DNA of 64,000 nt from an uncultured Halieaceae bacterium (lineage in GTDB: Bacteria; Pseudomonadota; Gammaproteobacteria; Pseudomonadales; Halieaceae): assembly GCA_913045375.1 (NCBI GenBank), contig CAJWQE010000005.1, positions 1,829 through 65,828 of the forward strand, written 5' to 3'. A program made the translations under genes and the position numbers. Positions 20,819 through 32,257 of the stretch are shown here, piece after piece (the stretch's first letter is position 1; every line of letters begins with the position of its first letter). The notes under the pieces were generated by a model, which was given only the letters and a program-made list of their open reading frames with translations, searched no databases and was not told where the DNA came from.

Positions 20819-20849
20819 CTGTTCCTCGTTCTAAATCGAACCTAGAAAC

Positions 20850-21893
20850 TTACTCAGTCGACATAAGATCCAATGAGTAATTGTCCATCAACTCTAGCGC
20901 CATACCGCCCCCTCTCACAACGCAGGTTAGCGGATCCTCAGCGATGAGTACTGGCAGACCTGTCTCTTCAGCAATTCGAGCATCCAAATCACGCAATAGA
21001 GCACCACCACCCGTCAGAACAATACCGGTCTCGGCGATATCTGCGGCAAGCTCAGGCGGTGACTGCTCCAAAGCCATTCGAACAGCGCGGATGATGGCAT
21101 CGACAGGCTCCTCGAGCGCTGTCATCACATCGGTACTGTTGAGCGTAAAGGTACGCGGCACACCTTCAGCAAGGTGTCTGCCACGAACATCGATTTCTCT
21201 CTGCTCACTACCAACCCAGACACAACCAACTTCTTGCTTAATTCGCTCGGCGGTAGAGTCACCTATCAAACAGCCAAAGCGACGACGAACATGAGCCACA
21301 ATCGCTTCGTCAAAACGGTCGCCACCGACTCGGATAGAGTCGCGATAGACGACCCCACTGAGCGATATAAGCGCAATCTCGGTCGTGCCACCGCCAATGT
21401 CGACAACCATACAGCCGACTGCTTCGTCGACCTTCATACCCGCGCCAATCGCGGCTGCCATAGGCTCTTCGATCAGTCGAACATCCCGCGCTCCTGCACC
21501 TTCCGCCGATCGTCTAATGGCCTCACGCTCAACTTGGGTTGACAAGCAGGGGACGCAAATAAGCACGCGCGGACTTGGGCGTAGCCACGACGAGTGGGTG
21601 TCATGTACTTTCAGGATGAAGTGCTGAAGCATTTTCTCCGTCACTTGGAAGTCAGCAATCACACCGTCTTTAAGGGGACGAATCGCAGTGATGTTACCGG
21701 GTGTTCTGCCCAGCATGCGCTTAGCCTCGGTACCAACGGCCTCTATGGACTTCTGACCATTGTGAACTCTGATAGCAACAACTGAGGGCTCATCTAGGAT
21801 GATACCGCGATCTTTGACGTAGATCAGTGTGTTGGCCGTGCCGAGGTCGATCGACAGATCGGTTGAGAACATACCCCCTAAACGCTTTAACAT
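20850..21893 (-). CDS. mreB: Rod shape-determining actin homologue MreB
   Basis: 347 aa, [15 protein letters not shown]...DIGGGTTE... Confidence 0.97.
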   Translation of the reverse strand: MLKRLGGMFSTDLSIDLGTANTLIYVKDRGIILDEPSVVAIRVHNGQKSIEAVGTEAKRMLGRTPGNITAIRPLKDGVIADFQVTEKMLQHFILKVHDTHSSWLRPSPRVLICVPCLSTQVEREAIRRSAEGAGARDVRLIEEPMAAAIGAGMKVDEAVGCMVVDIGGGTTEIALISLSGVVYRDSIRVGGDRFDEAIVAHVRRRFGCLIGDSTAERIKQEVGCVWVGSEQREIDVRGRHLAEGVPRTFTLNSTDVMTALEEPVDAIIRAVRMALEQSPPELAADIAETGIVLTGGGALLRDLDARIAEETGLPVLIAEDPLTCVVRGGGMALELMDNYSLDLMSTE

Positions 21894-22096
21894 GTCTTTT
21901 TAGCCTGTGGACAAATACGCCTTTGCCACCGTTAAGAGCGAGCCTCCCTCGCTACAAAACCCCAGGCTAAACCCAGGATGTCCTCGTATCGAGGGACCGG
22001 TGCGGTTAGTTGTTGAAATGTAACAATGCGATAGTTTTTGAGCAAGCTGGAAGTGTGTTAGTTTGCGCTCTCCAAACCACCTATTAGGCATTTATC

Positions 22097-22381
22097 GTGA
22101 CTGATGCAGCAACCGTCAGAGATGTCGCGGCGTTAGCACGTCTTGCGATCTCAGACCAAGACATCGAAAACGCGACAGCGGAATTCAATCAGACCCTTGC
22201 GCTGTTTGACGCACTCAGTTCGGCTGATACGACCGATGTCGCGCCCATGATCAACCCACTCGATAGTGCGCAGCGCCTTAGAGTAGATAGTGTAGAAACC
22301 TTGGTCGACAGAGCGGGTTTGATGCAAAACGCACCTGCCAGCGAAGAGGACTACTTTCTGGTCCCGAGAGTACTCGACTGA
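22097..22381 (+). CDS. gatC: Asp/Glu-tRNA amidotransferase subunit C
   Basis: 94 aa with a GTG start. Precedes gatA with a 1-nt overlap. Confidence 0.9.
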   Translation: MTDAATVRDVAALARLAISDQDIENATAEFNQTLALFDALSSADTTDVAPMINPLDSAQRLRVDSVETLVDRAGLMQNAPASEEDYFLVPRVLD

Positions 22382-23850
22382 TGACAGAACCGTTCGAGAC
22401 GATTTCCTCGCTGGCAAAACAGTTAGATGCCGGACGTGTCTCTTCACGGGAACTGGTGGAGGATGCGATTGCGCGCACTGAAACGTTAAACTCAGCGCTT
22501 AACGCCGTTATTGCTCTGGATAAGCCAGGCGCTCTGGCGGCGGCAGACAAAGCCGATAAGGCTCGAGCAGATGGCTCAACCTCACCGTTACTTGGTGTGC
22601 CCATGCTCCACAAAGACATTTTCTGCACACGCGGCGTGCAAACATCGTGCGCTTCAAAAATGCTCGCAGACTTTGTACCGCCCTACGATGCTACCGTTGT
22701 AAAGAAGCTTGATGCCGCAGGCATGGTCAGTCTGGGCAAATGCAATATGGATGAGTTCGCCATGGGCTCATCGAACGAGACTAGTTTTTTCGGAGCAGTA
22801 AAGAATCCATGGGACCTTAATCGGGTCCCCGGTGGATCTTCTGGCGGTTCAGCCGCGGCCGTTGCTGCCGGCCTGGCACCGCTGGCAACAGGGACAGATA
22901 CCGGCGGTTCGATTCGCCAGCCTGCGGCGCTCTGTGGCATTACAGGCCTAAAGCCCACCTACGGACGAGTATCTCGCTACGGCATGATTGCCTTTGCTTC
23001 CTCCATGGACCAAGCAGGCCCTATGGCGAGGACTGCCGAGGACTGTGCGTTAGTCCTCAATGCGATGGCCGGTCACGACCCGCTTGACTCAACCTGTGCC
23101 GATATTTCAGTGCCCGACTACTCGGCAGGACTCGAGCAAAGCATAGAGGGGCTGCGTGTCGGTATTCCAAAAGAGTTTTTCTCCAGTCATCTAAATGATG
23201 GTGTTGCCGCGACTGTTACCGCTGCCATCAAAGAGCTGGAGGCCGCCGGTGCTGTGATCGTTGATGTCTCGCTACCTTCCACAGATCTGGGCGTTTCGAC
23301 CTACTACGTCATTGCACCGGCCGAGGCTTCGGCAAATCTGTCTCGGTATGACGGCGTAAGATACGGTTATCGTTGCGACAATCCATCTGATCTTCAAGAT
23401 CTCTATTTGCGATCGCGCACTGAGGGCTTTGGTGAAGAGGTCAAACGACGAATTCTGATCGGCACCTTTACCTTGTCCGCCGCATCGTATGACCAATACT
23501 TCATGAAGGCACAACAGGTACGTCGCCTAATTGCTGACGAATATGAATCCGTCCTCAATGATGTCGATGTCATTGCCGGGCCATCTGCACCCAATACTGC
23601 GTTTGTTCTCAACGACGGCTCTAAGTCGATAACCGACATGTACATGGAGGACGTCTTCACCATTGGCGCCAATCTCGCGGGACTACCCGCCATCAGCGTC
23701 CCCGCGGGCCTAGTCGACGGACTGCCCGTTGGCATGCAACTCATAGGTTCGCGGTTTGGTGAAGCACAACTATTGAACATAGCCCATCAATTCCAGAGAC
23801 GAACCGATTGGCACTCGCTCACACCGGATCTTGAGGGCCTGACGGGATGA
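22381..23850 (+). CDS. gatA: Asp/Glu-tRNA amidotransferase subunit A (amidase signature)
   Basis: 489 aa. Amidase signature [14 protein letters not shown]...[12 protein letters not shown]. Confidence 0.96.
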   Translation: MTEPFETISSLAKQLDAGRVSSRELVEDAIARTETLNSALNAVIALDKPGALAAADKADKARADGSTSPLLGVPMLHKDIFCTRGVQTSCASKMLADFVPPYDATVVKKLDAAGMVSLGKCNMDEFAMGSSNETSFFGAVKNPWDLNRVPGGSSGGSAAAVAAGLAPLATGTDTGGSIRQPAALCGITGLKPTYGRVSRYGMIAFASSMDQAGPMARTAEDCALVLNAMAGHDPLDSTCADISVPDYSAGLEQSIEGLRVGIPKEFFSSHLNDGVAATVTAAIKELEAAGAVIVDVSLPSTDLGVSTYYVIAPAEASANLSRYDGVRYGYRCDNPSDLQDLYLRSRTEGFGEEVKRRILIGTFTLSAASYDQYFMKAQQVRRLIADEYESVLNDVDVIAGPSAPNTAFVLNDGSKSITDMYMEDVFTIGANLAGLPAISVPAGLVDGLPVGMQLIGSRFGEAQLLNIAHQFQRRTDWHSLTPDLEGLTG

Positions 23851-25289
23851 ATTGGGAAAAGGTAATGGGCCTAGAGGTGCATCTGCAGCTCTCAACACAC
23901 TCCAAGATTTTTTCATCTTCGGCCACGGCCTTCGGTGCTGATGCCAATACCCAGACCAACCCTTTAGACATGGCGCTGCCAGGGACCCTGCCGGTTTTGA
24001 ATCACGCTGCCGTGAGTCAAGCGATCGTTTTTGGCCTCGGTGTCGGTGCTGAAATCGGCAAAGTATCACGCTTCGATCGAAAGAATTACTTCTACCCCGA
24101 TCTGCCTAAAGGCTATCAGATATCCCAATTTTTCGAGCCAATCGTCAAAGAAGGTGTCTTTGATGTACCACTAGAGGATGGGTCAATTTTTCCGGTCAGA
24201 ATTCTCCGCGCTCACCTCGAGGAGGATGCGGGAAAATCGGTACACGATGCCATTCCCGGACACACAGGCATTGACTTGAATCGCGCTGGGACACCACTAC
24301 TTGAGGTCGTTACCGAACCTGATTTTCGAACGGCAGAGCAAGTTGTGGCCTATTTGAAGGCACTGCATGCGCTCGTCACCTATCTTGGAATTTCCGATGG
24401 CAACATGTCGGAGGGATCGATGCGATGCGATGTCAATTTATCGCTGCGTTTGGAAGGGGAAACAGAGTATGGCACCCGCACAGAGCTGAAGAACATCAAC
24501 TCGTTCCGATTTATCGAGCGCGCCATTCATGTCGAAGCCGAGCGACAACAAGATCTTTTGGAAAGTGGCCAGAGTGTGGTTCAAGAGACACGATTGTTCG
24601 ATCCAGATAAAGACGAAACTCGGTCCATGCGGTCGAAGGAAGTGGCCAATGACTATCGCTATTTCCCAGACCCGGATTTACTGCCTATTGTCATCGACGA
24701 TGCAACCATTGAGCGAATTCGTGACGCCCTGCCCGAGTTACCTGCCGTTAAACGCGGTCGATACACTACCGAACTGGGCTTGAGCCAGTACGACGCCAAC
24801 CTGCTCACCCAAGATCGTGCCACAGCTGAGTTCTTTGAGGCCTGCTGTGCTACCTCGAATAACCCCAAGGCCACAGCAAACTGGATGCTCGGCGATTTGA
24901 GCGCCGCGTTGAATAAAGAAGGGCTGGCAATCTGTGGGTGCAAGGTCACACCCGAGGGACTCGGTTTGCTGATAAAGCGAATCGATGACGGAACGCTCTC
25001 CAGCAAAATGGCGAAGACCGTCTTCGAAGGCCTGTGGGCTGGCGAACCCGATGTCGACCGTATCATTGAAGATAAAGGCTTAAAGCAAGTCAGTGACAGT
25101 GGTGCACTGGAAACCATCGTGGACGATCTCATCGCTAACAACCCAGCACAAGTTGATCAATATCGTGCAGCCGATGAGGGCAAGCAGAAGAAACTGATTG
25201 GCTTTTTCGTAGGGCAGGCAATGAAGGCCTCAAAAGGTCAGGCGAACCCACAATTGCTGAACCAACTACTGAAACAGAAGTTAGGCTAG
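23847..25289 (+). CDS. gatB: Asp/Glu-tRNA amidotransferase subunit B
   Basis: 480 aa, [13 protein letters not shown]...[15 protein letters not shown]... Confidence 0.96.
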   Translation: MNWEKVMGLEVHLQLSTHSKIFSSSATAFGADANTQTNPLDMALPGTLPVLNHAAVSQAIVFGLGVGAEIGKVSRFDRKNYFYPDLPKGYQISQFFEPIVKEGVFDVPLEDGSIFPVRILRAHLEEDAGKSVHDAIPGHTGIDLNRAGTPLLEVVTEPDFRTAEQVVAYLKALHALVTYLGISDGNMSEGSMRCDVNLSLRLEGETEYGTRTELKNINSFRFIERAIHVEAERQQDLLESGQSVVQETRLFDPDKDETRSMRSKEVANDYRYFPDPDLLPIVIDDATIERIRDALPELPAVKRGRYTTELGLSQYDANLLTQDRATAEFFEACCATSNNPKATANWMLGDLSAALNKEGLAICGCKVTPEGLGLLIKRIDDGTLSSKMAKTVFEGLWAGEPDVDRIIEDKGLKQVSDSGALETIVDDLIANNPAQVDQYRAADEGKQKKLIGFFVGQAMKASKGQANPQLLNQLLKQKLG

Positions 25290-25300
25290 ATACGCTCGCC

Positions 25301-25888
25301 TTAGACGTCCTGAACTCGGCCCTTCATGAAGCGCTCTCGATTTTCTCGCTTCTTGTCCTCGCTCTTGCGCAACAGCACATAAACGGAGCCCGTGCCGCCG
25401 TGCTGTGGTTGCGCCGAATGAAAAGCCTGAACGTCTTCCACATCCCTGAGCCAGCGATTGACGTAGCCTTTCAGTACGCCTGAGCCTGACTTTTCCTTGT
25501 TGCCGAAGCCCTTACCGTGGGTAATCAGCAGGGTTCGCAACCCCAGTCGCCGCGCCTCCTTAAAAAATGACCAGATCTCGGTCCGGGCCTCTGCCACCGT
25601 AAAACGGTGTAAATCGAGACGGGCTTCAATGTCGTAATGACCCAGCCTCAACTTGCGGTAAACACCGTTTTGAATGCCTGGCCGCTTAAACTCAAGTACG
25701 TACCATGCGTCGAGCGGCGGCACACCATCATCCGGCAGATGATTATCGCTGCGCGCACCCGACTGAGTGGCCGCCTGCCTTCGCTGACTGACATCGACCG
25801 CCTCGGTTTTTACAAGTCGCTCACGTGGCTCGCGCTTTAGTGGTGTTACGCCACTCATTTCGCTCGCAAATAGGTCATCGTCTTGCAT
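25301..25888 (-). CDS. smrA: Smr-domain protein (SmrA type)
   Basis: C-terminal Smr domain (LDLHRFTVAEARTEI...LLITHGKG). I chose the ATG at 25888 (MQDDDLFASEMSGVTPLK), which fits the usual SmrA N-terminus. The track ORF starts 23 codons earlier. Confidence 0.78.
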   Translation of the reverse strand: MQDDDLFASEMSGVTPLKREPRERLVKTEAVDVSQRRQAATQSGARSDNHLPDDGVPPLDAWYVLEFKRPGIQNGVYRKLRLGHYDIEARLDLHRFTVAEARTEIWSFFKEARRLGLRTLLITHGKGFGNKEKSGSGVLKGYVNRWLRDVEDVQAFHSAQPQHGGTGSVYVLLRKSEDKKRENRERFMKGRVQDV

Positions 25889-25980
25889 GTTCGTGTTTCC
25901 GACATCAGCTGCCGTAGTATAGTCACAGGACTGACGTTTTGGTGTCAGTCGTGGCAAGTAACGAGGTGGAATAACAAGTC

Positions 25981-26715
25981 ATGTCCGGATTACTCAAGGG
26001 AGTCGGTTATTTTTTTCGCGGCATGACCATGCTGATCCAGCCGGGACTGCGGCGATTCGTCATCATCCCACTGCTCGCAAATATCGCTGTATTTGCCTTG
26101 ATCGCCGGCAGCCTTTATCAACTGATGTCAGGTTTTTACATCGACATTACCGGCGAAATCACAGGAACGTTGAGCTTTCTCACATGGATCGTCACTCCGA
26201 TTATTTGGTTGGTCGGGACGTTACTCTCAGGCTACCTGTCTATTTTCATCGTGTTATTTTTGACCTCCCCCTTTCATGGGTTACTCGCTGAAAAAGTGGA
26301 GGAGCAGGTAACAGGCGAAGCCATTCAGAACGAAAGCTCGGTAGTTCAGGTCGCCCTATCCGTCCCGCGAGGCTTTCTGCGCGAATTACAAAAGCTGTTT
26401 CACTACCTGCCTATGGCCTTACTGGTCGTCATCATTAGTGTCATACCGGGACTTAATTTCGCGGCGCCATTTCTCTGGATCATCCTTGGGGCGTGGATGA
26501 TGTCACTGCAATTTATCGACTACCCCATGGATAACCATCGACTCGCGTTCAGGGAAGTACGCGAGGCCTGCAGTGCGCGGCGCGGAACGTCGATCGGGTT
26601 TGGTGTCATTGTTGCGTTTGTATCGGGAATTCCGATACTCAACCTCGCACTCATTCCTGCAGCGGTAGCGGGCGCTACCTTGTTATGGTGCGATGAGCTC
26701 CGTCACCTACGTTAA
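25981..26715 (+). CDS. cysZ: Sulfate transporter CysZ
   Basis: 244 aa, GVGYFFRGMTMLIQPGLRRFVIIPLLANI..., a polytopic membrane protein. Confidence 0.85.
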   Translation: MSGLLKGVGYFFRGMTMLIQPGLRRFVIIPLLANIAVFALIAGSLYQLMSGFYIDITGEITGTLSFLTWIVTPIIWLVGTLLSGYLSIFIVLFLTSPFHGLLAEKVEEQVTGEAIQNESSVVQVALSVPRGFLRELQKLFHYLPMALLVVIISVIPGLNFAAPFLWIILGAWMMSLQFIDYPMDNHRLAFREVREACSARRGTSIGFGVIVAFVSGIPILNLALIPAAVAGATLLWCDELRHLR

Positions 26716-26772
26716 GAAAACGCGGGCCAGTCAATAGTCAATCGATAACGAACGAAGGTCCACTGCTGACGG

Positions 26773-28023
26773 TCAGTCAGCCAGAAGTTCCTCGGGAACC
26801 TGGGTGCATTTTAGTGACTCACCCAACAAGGCTTCGATTTCCGGCAATAAGAAAGCGTCGTCTTCACTGGCAAAACTGATAGAGACACCCTTTTCACCCG
26901 CTCTGCCCGTTCGCCCAATACGGTGTACGTAGTCTTCGGGGTCTTCGGGTAGATCGTAATTGACCACGTGGCTTACGCCATCGACGTGAATACCTCTCCC
27001 TGCCACATCGGTCGCAATCAGCACGCGCAGCTTGCCAGACTTGAATCGCTCCAAGGTCTTAGTGCGTTTTACCTGAGCAATCTCACCCGACAAGATGCCG
27101 CAGTCGAGGCCCTGTTTTTGCAGACGCTCATGGACTTTCCGTACAACGTCTCTTCGATTAGCAAAGACAATGACTGAAGTCGCCTCGGGCGTTGCAAGAA
27201 TGCGCTTTAGCACATTCAGGCGATCGCGACTCTCCAGAAGATAGACACGCTGATCGACATTTTCAGTCGCCACTCGCTCCGGTTCGATCTCCACCGTGAT
27301 GGGATCGAACGTCCACTGTTGTGCCAAATTCATAATGTCCTGACTGAAAGTCGCCGAAAACAGGAGCGTCTGACGGTCTTCCTTGCGCGGAGTCGATCGA
27401 ACGATGCGTTTCACCTGAGGGATGAATCCCATATCGAGCATTCGGTCTGCCTCATCGAGGACCAGTGACTCGACGCGATCGAGATACATATCGCCGCGCT
27501 GGATAAAGTCAATCAGCCTTCCCGGTGTCGCGACCACAATATCGGTGACCCGATCATTCACCTTCGCCAGTTGCTTCGCGTAATCCGCGCCACCGATAAG
27601 CGTGACCGTCGACAGGCCGGTGTACTTTCCAAGTTGTCGCGCGTCATCGGCAATCTGCATTACCAACTCGCGCGTCGGCGCTAAAATAACGGCGCGGGGC
27701 TCAGCCAGATAGCGCTCTCCCTCAATGGGGTTGTTCAGCAGGTCATTGAACAGCGTTATCAAGAAAGCTGCCGTTTTTCCCGTACCCGTCTGCGCTTTAC
27801 CAATCGCGTCGTGCCCTTCCAATGTGTGGGGCAAAATTTGAGCCTGAATAGGCGAACATTTCTCGAAGCCCAAGCCCTCAATTCCGCGCATAAGCGAGGG
27901 AGCAAGGTCGAGACTGCCAAACGATATATCGGGTAACTGAGCAGCTGAATTATCAAGTGCTCCAAGGGCTTGTTCGCTCAAGGGTTCATGAGTCCTTTCT
28001 TCAGAGGTGCGCGAGCATAGCAC
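26773..28023 (-). CDS. rhlB: DEAD-box ATP-dependent RNA helicase (RhlB-like)
   Basis: 416 aa. Q-motif region GFEKCSPIQ, plus [21 protein letters not shown] (VLDEADRM), SAT and [10 protein letters not shown]. Length and N-terminal region resemble RhlB, but I am only moderately sure of the symbol. Confidence 0.7.
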   Translation of the reverse strand: MLCSRTSEERTHEPLSEQALGALDNSAAQLPDISFGSLDLAPSLMRGIEGLGFEKCSPIQAQILPHTLEGHDAIGKAQTGTGKTAAFLITLFNDLLNNPIEGERYLAEPRAVILAPTRELVMQIADDARQLGKYTGLSTVTLIGGADYAKQLAKVNDRVTDIVVATPGRLIDFIQRGDMYLDRVESLVLDEADRMLDMGFIPQVKRIVRSTPRKEDRQTLLFSATFSQDIMNLAQQWTFDPITVEIEPERVATENVDQRVYLLESRDRLNVLKRILATPEATSVIVFANRRDVVRKVHERLQKQGLDCGILSGEIAQVKRTKTLERFKSGKLRVLIATDVAGRGIHVDGVSHVVNYDLPEDPEDYVHRIGRTGRAGEKGVSISFASEDDAFLLPEIEALLGESLKCTQVPEELLAD

Positions 28024-28114
28024 ACTGAACTGGGGGTGCCCGCGTTATTCGCATGACGGGATACGGCAACGGTTGAAGCACGTGATACAGTGCGACCCTA
28101 ACTGCGAGACAACC

Positions 28115-29500
28115 ATGAATCATCCAACCCCCACACTGCGAGCAGAGCTAAGTCAGTTTTGGCGAATCGGCTGGCCGCTGCTGATTGCGCAAACGGCACA
28201 AATGGGTACCGGCGTTGTGGATACCATCATGGCTGCCCGATTCGGCGACAAAGACCTTGCCGCCATTGCCATCGGGTTTAACATCTGGCTTCCGCTTTAC
28301 CTCGTGGTGTTGGGCGTCATCTTTGCCTCCTCCACCATCATTGCGCAGGATTTTGGTGCGGGTCGAATACAACGCATTCGGGACCATCTACCGCAGACCT
28401 TGTGGGTGTCTGTATTTCTCAGCTTGATCGTCGCGCCTATCTGCTATTACAGCCACCTCGGTTTACCGTGGCTCGGCATCGATGAGTTAACGGCAGAAAA
28501 ATCCAGCGAATACATCAAAATGGTGGCGTTTGGCTTCCCGGCGATTGGGATATTCATGGCCCTCCGTTATCACATGCAAGGGGTGGGAATCACGTCGCCA
28601 TTTGCCGTGGCATCGGTCATTGGTTTCATCGCCAACATACCGCTTAATTACATATTCATCTTCGGTTTTGGCGACATCCCGGCCATGGGTGCTCAAGGCT
28701 GTGGCATAGCGACGGCCATTTCAATGTGGCTGTCTGCCCTTATCATCACTCTTTATGTACTGACCAAAAAGTCACTACAGCAATACATGCCGCCGCTGCG
28801 GCCAGTGGCGCCTGACCCAACCACGATTAAAGAGATACTAACCATTGGCGCTCCTGTAGGTGCTACGTTCTTCCTCGAGACTGCGGTCTTCGCCGGTATT
28901 GCGCTCCTGGTCTCGTCGCTGGGTGATGTTGCAATTGGCGCGCACCAGATCGCATTCAATGTCTGGGACATGTTTTACATTCCAATGCTCGCTATCGGCT
29001 CTTCAATGGCAACCCGAATGGGGCACGCATTGGGAGCCCAGGATCAGCAGGGGGTCTTCATGGCCTTAAAGGCGGGCATTCTGTGTTCTGGCGTCATCAG
29101 CGTCACCACCATGATTATCTTGCTGTCGTTCCCCACCGCCATTGTCGGGATTTACTCCGACTCTCAGGATATCTCCTTACTTGCAGTTCGACTGCTCAGT
29201 TTTGCTGCGCTATTTGTGATCATTGACGCAGTACAAATCGTAGGGTCTTTCTCCATGCGAGCCTATAAGAAAACACGGTTTCCCTTTATCGCCAGTATGG
29301 TTGCCTACTGGCTGATAGCACTTCCGCTCGGCTACTACCTTGGCATTATGAATGCAGACAACGCTTTCGATGGCGCCGCTGGTTTTTGGGTGGGGATCAT
29401 CGTGGGAGTCGCAGTGGCATCGGTCATGATCGCCGTGCGTCTAGTCTTGTTACTTCGCCAGCCGATTCCAACCGGCTTCACACCTGACTACGACGTATGA
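28115..29500 (+). CDS. MATE-family multidrug efflux transporter (NorM type)
   Basis: A 12-TM protein. I chose the start MNHPTPTLRAELSQFWRIGWPLLIAQ at the ATG at 28115. The track ORF start at 28007 overlaps the helicase start region. Confidence 0.85.
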   Translation: MNHPTPTLRAELSQFWRIGWPLLIAQTAQMGTGVVDTIMAARFGDKDLAAIAIGFNIWLPLYLVVLGVIFASSTIIAQDFGAGRIQRIRDHLPQTLWVSVFLSLIVAPICYYSHLGLPWLGIDELTAEKSSEYIKMVAFGFPAIGIFMALRYHMQGVGITSPFAVASVIGFIANIPLNYIFIFGFGDIPAMGAQGCGIATAISMWLSALIITLYVLTKKSLQQYMPPLRPVAPDPTTIKEILTIGAPVGATFFLETAVFAGIALLVSSLGDVAIGAHQIAFNVWDMFYIPMLAIGSSMATRMGHALGAQDQQGVFMALKAGILCSGVISVTTMIILLSFPTAIVGIYSDSQDISLLAVRLLSFAALFVIIDAVQIVGSFSMRAYKKTRFPFIASMVAYWLIALPLGYYLGIMNADNAFDGAAGFWVGIIVGVAVASVMIAVRLVLLLRQPIPTGFTPDYDV

Positions 29501-30240
29501 CATCCCTGTCGCGGCGTTACCGCAAGCCTGTCGATTCGCTGCTGCATAGCGTCGTAGATGCGCAAGACACCCCACTCAAGCGGTTGGCCTGATAAAAACA
29601 TCAGGGCATCCTGTGCCTGCCAAGCGGCGATAACCCCGATTACAGGACCTAGAATGCCCTCGTTACGGCAGTCATAGCCTCGGCTGTCGTCTTCGCTTGG
29701 TGCTAAACACTGGTAACAGCCTTCTGCTCTCGACTGACTAAAGGATGCAACCTGCCCGTGAAGCCGCGTGGCCGCGCCCATAATCCAGGGCTTTTTTGCA
29801 TCACGAGTCAAACGCTCAATTGCATGACGTGATGCAAGGTTGTCGGTCGCATCAATCACAATATCCACATCACCGAGTAACTCAGCATCGGACTCGGCAT
29901 CGTCACCAAAGCTCCGGAGAGCGCTAGTCACTGCGATATCTGAATTGAGCGACACAAGCTGATTTTGGAGAGCCTGTGCTTTCGGTTGATGAATATCGCT
30001 CTCGCGAAAGGCCAGCTGACGATGGAGATTACTCAGCTCAACGCTGTCCGCATCGACCAAGGTCAAGTTACCGACGCCTGCACCCGCAAGGAACAGGGCT
30101 ACCATCGATCCCAAACCGCCACAGCCAACGACTAGCACTGAGCCTCGCCGAATATTTTCCTGACCCACCAGATCGATTTCCGGCAACAGAATTTGCCGCG
30201 AGTAGCGCTCGAGTACTTCGTCATTCAACACTGCCAACAC
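29488..30240 (-). CDS. moeB: HesA/MoeB/ThiF-family adenylyltransferase (MoeB position)
   Basis: 250 aa, YSRQILLPEID..GQ..., Rossmann motif VGCGGLG, CxxC (CYQC). Located after prmC, as in Pseudomonas. Confidence 0.8.
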   Translation of the reverse strand: MLAVLNDEVLERYSRQILLPEIDLVGQENIRRGSVLVVGCGGLGSMVALFLAGAGVGNLTLVDADSVELSNLHRQLAFRESDIHQPKAQALQNQLVSLNSDIAVTSALRSFGDDAESDAELLGDVDIVIDATDNLASRHAIERLTRDAKKPWIMGAATRLHGQVASFSQSRAEGCYQCLAPSEDDSRGYDCRNEGILGPVIGVIAAWQAQDALMFLSGQPLEWGVLRIYDAMQQRIDRLAVTPRQGCHTS

Positions 30241-31064
30241 CCTCCTGTTACTCGAGGCCGGCCGGCTAGATCATGCCGAAGGCTTACCTTTGAAAATCCA
30301 TTCAGTTCGAGGATCGACCGGACATCCGCTGCCTGATCATAACCGTGCTCGATCAAAAGCCAACCACCGGCCTCCAAGTGATCAGGCGCGTTGGACGCTA
30401 TCTCCCGAATCGAGGACAGTCCATCTCCTTCGTCGGTCAGGGCCGTGTTGGGCTCAAATCGTAAATCCCCTTCCAGTAGATGGCCATCATCAGCCGCGAC
30501 ATAAGGGGGGTTCGATACGATGAGAGCCCAGCGTCTCTTCGCTAAGGCATCGAACCAACTCGATTCAACAAACTCAACAGGTAGCCCCAGATTTTCCGCA
30601 TTCTCTCGCGCAACGCGCAACGCCAATTCACTGACATCGCTGGCGGTTACCGACAGGTGGGGCAAATCGTGCTGGACCGCAAGCGCAATAGCACCGCTTC
30701 CGGTGCCCAGATCGAGCATTGACTGCAGGTCATGATGAGATGCGAGTTCCGCAGCCCACTCCACGAGCAACTCCGTCTCAGGTCGAGGAATAAGTACATC
30801 GCGCGTGACTTTAAGTTTCAGCGACCAAAACTCTCGATGACCTAAGAGATAGGCCAATGGCACCCCTTTGAGCCGTTCCTTGGACATTGAAGAAAACGCC
30901 TCAACAATATCTGTCGGAAGCTCATCATGGTCGTGAGCAATCAGCCAACTGCGTTCATCCCTCCCGAGACAGTGCAGTAGCAGCAACTCCGCATCGCGGT
31001 AGTCGGTGCCAAAGGAACGCAGCGCTTCTTTGACTTTCATTGGATGAGTTTCACTGGCTGGCAC
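30225..31064 (-). CDS. prmC: Release-factor glutamine N5-methyltransferase
   Basis: 279 aa with DLGTGSGAIA and NPPY (SNPPYV). Downstream of prfA. Confidence 0.92.
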   Translation of the reverse strand: MPASETHPMKVKEALRSFGTDYRDAELLLLHCLGRDERSWLIAHDHDELPTDIVEAFSSMSKERLKGVPLAYLLGHREFWSLKLKVTRDVLIPRPETELLVEWAAELASHHDLQSMLDLGTGSGAIALAVQHDLPHLSVTASDVSELALRVARENAENLGLPVEFVESSWFDALAKRRWALIVSNPPYVAADDGHLLEGDLRFEPNTALTDEGDGLSSIREIASNAPDHLEAGGWLLIEHGYDQAADVRSILELNGFSKVSLRHDLAGRPRVTGGCWQC

Positions 31065-31151
31065 CGATTGGGTTGCTCTTCACACAAGACGTCACTAGGG
31101 AACTTAATGTAGTCCTCGCCATGGCTTTCACCACAGACCTCCCCACGGCCC

Positions 31152-32237
31152 TCACTCTTCGCCTAGGGCGGCGAGCAAGTCTGCCTGATGTTCCTGACGC
31201 AACGGTTGAATCACGGCGTCTAGGTCACCCTCGACCACTTCATCCAGTTTGTACAACGTGAGGTTAATCCGATGATCGGTAACGCGCCCCTGAGGGTAGT
31301 TATAGGTTCGGATGCGGTCCGAGCGATCGCCCGTACCCACCAGGTTTCGTCGCTCTTCCGCCTGCTCAGCCGCAAGCTGCTGCTCACTTGCCGAGGCAAG
31401 TTTGGCCTGTAACAGTGACATCGCCCGAGCACGGTTTTTGTGCTGTGAGCGCTCATCTTGACACTCAACCACGATACCCGTGGGAATGTGTGTCAGACGA
31501 ACCGCCGAGTCCGTTGTATTGACGTGCTGACCGCCCGCGCCAGAAGAACGGTAGGTATCGACCCGCAAATCCTCTTTGCGAATTTCCACTTCCTCGACCT
31601 CGTCAGGTTCCGCCATCACAGCGACCGTGCATGCAGACGTATGAATCCGTCCCTGAGACTCTGTCTCGGGTACACGTTGCACCCGATGAGCGCCGGATTC
31701 GAACTTGAGATGCGCGTACACAGCTTCGCCTGCAACCCGCGTGATCAATTCCTTGTAGCCACCGTGTTCGCCGGGGCGCTCTGAGATAACTTCAACCGAC
31801 CAACGCTTACTCTCTGCATAGCGGCTGTACATGCGAAACAAGTCACCGGAAAAAATGGCTGCCTCGTCGCCGCCCGTACCCGCACGAATCTCCAGAAACA
31901 CATTGCTCTTATCCTTGGGGTCCTTCGGCAACATCAATACTTGCAGCTCGGCTTCAGCAGAGGACATGTGGCTCTCAGCCGCACCAATTTCCTCTTCTGC
32001 CATCTCTCGCACATCAGGATCACTGTCTTCGAGCATCAACTGTGCTTCAGCCAGATCATCCTTCGCTCGGCGGTATCCATCGTAGACCTTCACGACGTCA
32101 TCGAGTTGGGCATACTCCTGCGACAAAGTTCGGAACTTATTGGGGTCTGACGCAGTCTCGGCGTCCGCAAGTAAAGCCGCCACCTCTTCATGACGATCAC
32201 ATAGCGATTCGAGCTTGGTAACAAGCGACGTCTTCAC
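31152..32237 (-). CDS. prfA: Peptide chain release factor 1
   Basis: 361 aa with the GGQ motif (SGAGGQHVN) and a PxT-type recognition region. Confidence 0.96.
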   Translation of the reverse strand: MKTSLVTKLESLCDRHEEVAALLADAETASDPNKFRTLSQEYAQLDDVVKVYDGYRRAKDDLAEAQLMLEDSDPDVREMAEEEIGAAESHMSSAEAELQVLMLPKDPKDKSNVFLEIRAGTGGDEAAIFSGDLFRMYSRYAESKRWSVEVISERPGEHGGYKELITRVAGEAVYAHLKFESGAHRVQRVPETESQGRIHTSACTVAVMAEPDEVEEVEIRKEDLRVDTYRSSGAGGQHVNTTDSAVRLTHIPTGIVVECQDERSQHKNRARAMSLLQAKLASASEQQLAAEQAEERRNLVGTGDRSDRIRTYNYPQGRVTDHRINLTLYKLDEVVEGDLDAVIQPLRQEHQADLLAALGEE

Positions 32238-32257
32238 AATAAACTGCCCTTATCGAA

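Noticed and set aside
28007-28114. N-terminal extension of the MATE transporter, overlapping the helicase start.
   Set aside because: The extension is hydrophilic and Cys/His-rich with no MATE similarity. The typical MATE N-terminus begins at the ATG at 28115.
31062-31085. A sigma-54-like TGGCAC element (ctggcaccgattgggttgct) between prmC and prfA.
   Set aside because: The GG-to-GC spacing does not fit the -24/-12 rule (GG-N10-GC), and it points antisense to both flanking genes.
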